A DNA stretch of 11,266 nucleotides from Amoeboradix gromovi X-113. Taxonomy: Eukaryota > Fungi > Sanchytriomycota. Positions 7,655-11,266 of this stretch are shown piece after piece (position 1 is the stretch's first letter; the number at the start of each line of letters is the position of its first letter). The translations under genes and the position numbers were made by a program. The stretch lies in NCBI GenBank assembly GCA_018985225.1, contig JADGIF010000307.1, forward strand, positions 1 through 11,266. Reading direction: 5' to 3'. The notes beneath the pieces were generated by a model. That model made no database searches and was not told where the DNA came from. It saw only the letters and a program-made list of their open reading frames with translations.

Positions 7655-8077
7655 CTATTTATTCATTGCATCAAAGTCTAATTATTGCTAGTTAGGCTTC
7701 GTATAGGTGCTAAAATAACTTTTCACAGATGAATTCATGTCTCTATCAACTACAACGAGAAAATTTATACGTTGACATTGATTATTAACTGAAACCATCT
7801 CTTTTGGTAAGAAGTGATGACATGCAACATACTAATTTTGTTCCTGGATCCATAGAACCCATTGGATCTTGTTAATGTCATCAATTGCGCCTTTATCAAG
7901 TTTCTTCAAGAGTCCTATTTCATGGGTCTTTGGTAGGCCAATACTGTGGCTATCTGTCAGCATCAATGAAACATACATTTCAATTGCAAAATAGAAGAGC
8001 AATCAAATTACAGTGACAGCTGTTTTATCTTTTACGCATGTTATGATTGGAGCACCGCAAAGGATTGATACGAGCAT
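7655..8077 (-). pseudogene. Probable pseudogene of a small secreted protein
   Basis: ATG at 8077 gives MLVSILCGAPIITCVKDK..., the same short-signal style as the intact genes. Only two stops (TGA 8005-8003, TAG 7834-7832) in the 129 codons before TAG 7690-7688. After two further stops the same frame ends AAT AAA TAG (7663-7655). Confidence 0.3.
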
Positions 8078-8622
8078 CACTAGTAAACTGCAAGCAGGAA
8101 GATGCTCCTAATTGTGCTAAAATGATAAGTAAAGATTGATCAGCAAGAATAGCCGATAAGAAGAAGTTTGTTGTTTAAAATTGCCAGGTCTTATCCGCAG
8201 ACATCCAGCATTTCACAATAGCTAAGTGATCGCAAATTAACAATGTATTGTCCTATTTTTTGCATTAGTAAAATAGCAACGGGATTTAGCTTTTGGACAT
8301 TTCTGAACTCATTTTACGCACAGTCATTCACACGGGCTAGATTAAATCCTTCTAAAGGATGCACAGTTTTAGCGAATAGTTAAATGCAAGCCAACAACAT
8401 TGTGATCATAAATCCCTTTTACGATGTTTTAAACACTTGCAGGTTGTACAATCAAATCATAAGCACTGAACAATGGCAGTTTGGTGTATCACAAAAGGAA
8501 AACAAATGAGAGAGCATAAATAGAGGAGTTTATTAGTTTGCAGAGGAGATTACGAGCAATGAACGTGTGCCAGGCTCTTTTGTACTTCAATTTACTTTCA
8601 CACTCAACCAGTTAACATTTTT

Positions 8623-9426
8623 CTAAGCAGTCGCAGCCTGAGTGATATGAAGCATGCGGTCTGATGGAGGCCCAGTTAGCTCAGAGATGGCTGCTAGGCC
8701 GCTTGAATTTGAATGGTGCAATGCCATGATCAAATCATCGTAAAACTGAATGATGACATAAATTCTAACAATGTACGTGAAAGGTCTCAATGCCACATCA
8801 ACAAAGGACCCATAGAATTTCAGTACTATGATCGCAACCTCGAGCAGCACTACGGCAACGCAAGCTACCTTTATCTGTAAGCCAAGCTTAGCTAGCAGAT
8901 CATCGCGATACTCCAAAATAAAACTGAGCTTTTTGATCAGTAAATAAGTCATAAATATTTCAAGCAGAATGGAGATGACAGTGAACACTAAAGATGAGTA
9001 TCGATAGTAATTCTTGAATGAGTCTATCTGAGTGGCATGCAGCACTATACCAATCACTGTAAACAGCTCAAAGACACCGATGAAATACGGAATAGTCCAA
9101 CAACACTTGTCGAACTTACAATACTTTCCAAGAGAATCTATACGAAGAACATAGAGCCAGGTTACGACCTGAATCATCGAGAACCAGGTAAAAGCAAAGA
9201 AAGATCCCATGATGAGTTGGTTCTGGGGGTTGTCGTTGTACTGTGAGTAGTAAATATAATGTATTGCAATCGTTGATTCCAGGACACACAAAAATATCGC
9301 GCACACAATTCCGATGAACATCTTGTTGTACTTCTTCTCGAATGTGATCACTGCGTTGAGCAGATACTGTAGAGCGAGGCTGATCGTCCCTCCCCAAATC
9401 GCCGTTGAGATAACGAATGCGTCCAT
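8623..9426 (-). CDS. Seven-transmembrane, GPCR-like integral membrane protein (267 aa)
   Basis: Seven hydrophobic segments: AFVISTAIWGGTISLALQYLL; MFIGIVCAIFLCVLESTIAI; LIMGSFFAFTWFSMIQVVTWLYVL-R; CCWTIPYFIGVFELFTVIGIVL; SSLVFTVISILLEIFMTYLLI; VACVAVVLLEVAIIVL; VALRPFTYIVRIYVIIQFY. Basic residues follow TM1, TM3 and TM5 (N-out topology); polar C-terminal tail. Confidence 0.85.
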   Translation of the reverse strand: MDAFVISTAIWGGTISLALQYLLNAVITFEKKYNKMFIGIVCAIFLCVLESTIAIHYIYYSQYNDNPQNQLIMGSFFAFTWFSMIQVVTWLYVLRIDSLGKYCKFDKCCWTIPYFIGVFELFTVIGIVLHATQIDSFKNYYRYSSLVFTVISILLEIFMTYLLIKKLSFILEYRDDLLAKLGLQIKVACVAVVLLEVAIIVLKFYGSFVDVALRPFTYIVRIYVIIQFYDDLIMALHHSNSSGLAAISELTGPPSDRMLHITQAATA

Positions 9427-9806
9427 TCAAAAGACTCGTTTCACAATAGTTTAGCAAAGATCGACGGCAGCATTGCACCAAAAGACCGTACAAGAAGCCT
9501 GAGATACAGATTCGATAGATGGAAGCCACTCTTTGAAACTTTTAGAGATATCGGAAGGTATTCCTTCAAGTGACTGTACGGTGTTTATTTTATATCCAAC
9601 ACAGAAATGATCAAAACAAATGACCAAGATAAAGTAGTCATCCTGAGGCCCTTGACTGAATCGACGCAGCTAGAGGTACCGTTGGCTTCTGTTTCTTATA
9701 CCATTATCCAATTCGGAATTGCAGATAGCATCACAATGAGGCTAACGCGGTAGAAAGTGGTCGAGGACGGAAATAGCCGTGGTTTGTCCGTGTATACTAA
9801 AATTGA

Positions 9807-9812
9807 TTTATT
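9807..9812 (-). terminator. AATAAA poly(A) signal directly abutting the EF-1alpha stop
   Basis: Minus strand reads AAG TAA AATAAA, with a 0-nt gap. Confidence 0.55.
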
Positions 9813-11192
9813 TTACTTTTTTGTGGCTTTTTGTGCTGCTTTGGTGGTCTTACCAGTGCTACCGTCTCCCTTAACTACTGATTTAACAACTCCTACGGCA
9901 ACTGTCTGTCTCATGTCACGCACAGCAAATCGTCCTAATGGTGGGAAGTCACTAAAACTCTCCACACACATTGGCTTTTGTGGAATCATTCTTACAATGG
10001 CAGCATCTCCTGATTTTACAAATTTAGGGTTATCTTCAATCTTCTTACCGCTACGTCTGTCAATCTTCTCTAGTAATGCATCAAATCGACACGCAATGTG
10101 GGCTGTGTGGCAATCCAAGACAGGAGAGTATCCAGCTCCGACTTGACCAGGGTGGTTCAGAACAATGACTTGCGCTGTGAAGTTTTCAGCTTCTCTGGCT
10201 GGGTCGTTCTTACTATCACTAGCAACGAATCCTCTCTTCAGTTCTTTTACACTCACATTCTTCACGTTGAACCCAACGTTGTCTCCAGGGTTACCCTGGG
10301 CAAGCTGTTCGTGGTGCATTTCTACTGACTTGACTTCAGTTGTTAGATTACTTGGCGCAAAGCTGACAATCATACCTGGCTTGATAACTCCGGTCTCGAC
10401 TCTTCCTACCGGCACGGTTCCGATTCCTCCAATCTTGTACACATCCTGCAATGGCAGACGCAATGGCTTGTCTGTAGGTCTTGTAGGTGGATCGATAGCA
10501 TCAATGGCATCAAGCAATGTCATTCCGCTCACTTCCTTTCCTTTGGTGTCCTTCTTCCATCCCTTGTACCATGTCATGTTAGGACTAGCTTCCAACATGT
10601 TGTCTCCGTGCCATCCACTGATAGGCACCATGGCAACTGTCTTTGGGTTGTATCCGACCTTTTTGATGAATCCTGAGACTTCTGTGACAATTTCGTTATA
10701 TCTGGTTTGGCTGTATTGGCAACTGTCCATCTTGTTGATGGCTACAATCAACTGCTTGACTCCCAATGTGTACGCCAATAGCGCGTGCTCACGGGTTTGT
10801 CCATCCTTGGAGATACCGGCCTCAAACTCACCGACTCCGCTAGCAATAACTAGAATTGCACAATCTGCTTGCGATGTACCTGTGATCATGTTCTTGATGA
10901 AATCTCTGTGTCCAGGCGCATCAATAACGGTGACATAGTACTTTGGGGTCTCGAATTTCCACAATGCAATATCAATAGTGATACCTCTCTCTCGCTCTGC
11001 CTTGAGCTTGTCCAATACCCAGGCATATTTAAAAGATCCTTTTCCCTGCTCAGATGCTTCCTTTTCATACTTTTCAATCGTTCTCTTGTCGATTCCACCG
11101 CACTTGTAGATTAAGTGACCTGTGGTTGTGGATTTACCTGCATCGACGTGCCCAATGACTACAACATTAATATGATCTTTTTCTTTTCCCAT
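9813..11192 (-). CDS. TEF1: Translation elongation factor 1-alpha (eEF1A), intronless, 459 aa
   Basis: [96 protein letters not shown] and [18 protein letters not shown]. Canonical EF-1alpha rather than EFL. Confidence 0.99.
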   Translation of the reverse strand: MGKEKDHINVVVIGHVDAGKSTTTGHLIYKCGGIDKRTIEKYEKEASEQGKGSFKYAWVLDKLKAERERGITIDIALWKFETPKYYVTVIDAPGHRDFIKNMITGTSQADCAILVIASGVGEFEAGISKDGQTREHALLAYTLGVKQLIVAINKMDSCQYSQTRYNEIVTEVSGFIKKVGYNPKTVAMVPISGWHGDNMLEASPNMTWYKGWKKDTKGKEVSGMTLLDAIDAIDPPTRPTDKPLRLPLQDVYKIGGIGTVPVGRVETGVIKPGMIVSFAPSNLTTEVKSVEMHHEQLAQGNPGDNVGFNVKNVSVKELKRGFVASDSKNDPAREAENFTAQVIVLNHPGQVGAGYSPVLDCHTAHIACRFDALLEKIDRRSGKKIEDNPKFVKSGDAAIVRMIPQKPMCVESFSDFPPLGRFAVRDMRQTVAVGVVKSVVKGDGSTGKTTKAAQKATKK

Positions 11193-11223
11193 TTAATAAT
11201 TTTCTTTCAGGGGTGTTATTAAA

Positions 11224-11229
11224 TATATA
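11224..11229 (-). promoter_or_regulatory. TATA-like element upstream of TEF1
   Basis: TATATA(TTTAATAA) on the minus strand, 31 nt upstream of the ATG, which would imply a very short 5' UTR. The AT-rich background weakens the call. Confidence 0.3.
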
Positions 11230-11266
11230 AAGTTCTACTTTGCTATGCGGTGACGATGAAACTGTC

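Noticed and set aside
639-7667. Short dispersed direct repeats CTATTTATTCATT (639-651, 7655-7667) and CTGAAGTAGAC (6526-6536, 7231-7241)
   Set aside because: Not extendable and within chance expectation for AT-rich DNA.
4516-8077. Stop-codon reassignment (e.g. TAR=Gln as in Amoeboaphelidium protococcarum) as an explanation for the interrupted frames
   Set aside because: TEF1 ends at TAA and RPC25 at TGA at their conserved termini. No intact gene has an in-frame TAG, TAG at 2206 is followed by a poly(A) signal, and the relics are broken by mixed stop types. CTG encodes the conserved Leu of RPC25 GLG.
8730-8800. 7-TM protein as a rhodopsin
   Set aside because: No retinal-binding Lys in TM7 (Arg instead) and no microbial or animal opsin motifs.
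9037-9529. ORFs 9116-9529 (-) and 9037-9246 (+); likewise 163-345, 402-593, 3323-3517, 3390-3650, 4029-4265 and 4338-4523
   Set aside because: Alternative-frame or antisense overlaps of better-supported genes, with no independent coding signal.
9757-10938. Long antisense ORFs (9757-10146, 10165-10938) and short ORFs overlapping TEF1
   Set aside because: Shadows of the conserved EF-1alpha. Stops in this antisense frame require Tyr/His/Gln codons in specific contexts, so it often stays open. The translations are not protein-like.

Overview
This is eukaryotic nuclear DNA from a compact, intron-poor genome that uses the standard genetic code. It is almost certainly an early-diverging fungus: EF-1alpha has both the opisthokont ~12-aa insertion and the fungal-length NKMD loop. 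Two housekeeping genes are clear: RNA polymerase III subunit RPC25 (3079-3624 +) and EF-1alpha (9813-11192 -). They are interspersed with five apparently lineage-specific secreted or membrane genes: (1) a small secreted protein made of two tandem 68-aa, 4-Cys units (186-617 -); (2) a membrane protein with a Cys cluster (2206-2673 -); (3) an unknown secreted protein (3902-4471 -); (4) a disulfide-stapled six-repeat tectonin-like beta-propeller (5669-6478 +); (5) a 7-TM GPCR-like protein (8623-9426 -). The four putative secretory proteins all start with unusually short signal-like peptides that have no basic n-region. In most genes AATAAA overlaps or closely follows the stop codon. The large intergenic gaps hold stop-depleted, coding-like relics, suggesting rapid gene turnover. 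I found no rRNA, tRNA, CRISPR array or recognisable transposon. I cannot demonstrate a new multi-gene system. The best leads are the duplicated Cys domain, the propeller lectin candidate, the ultra-short signal peptides and the relic or hidden genes.
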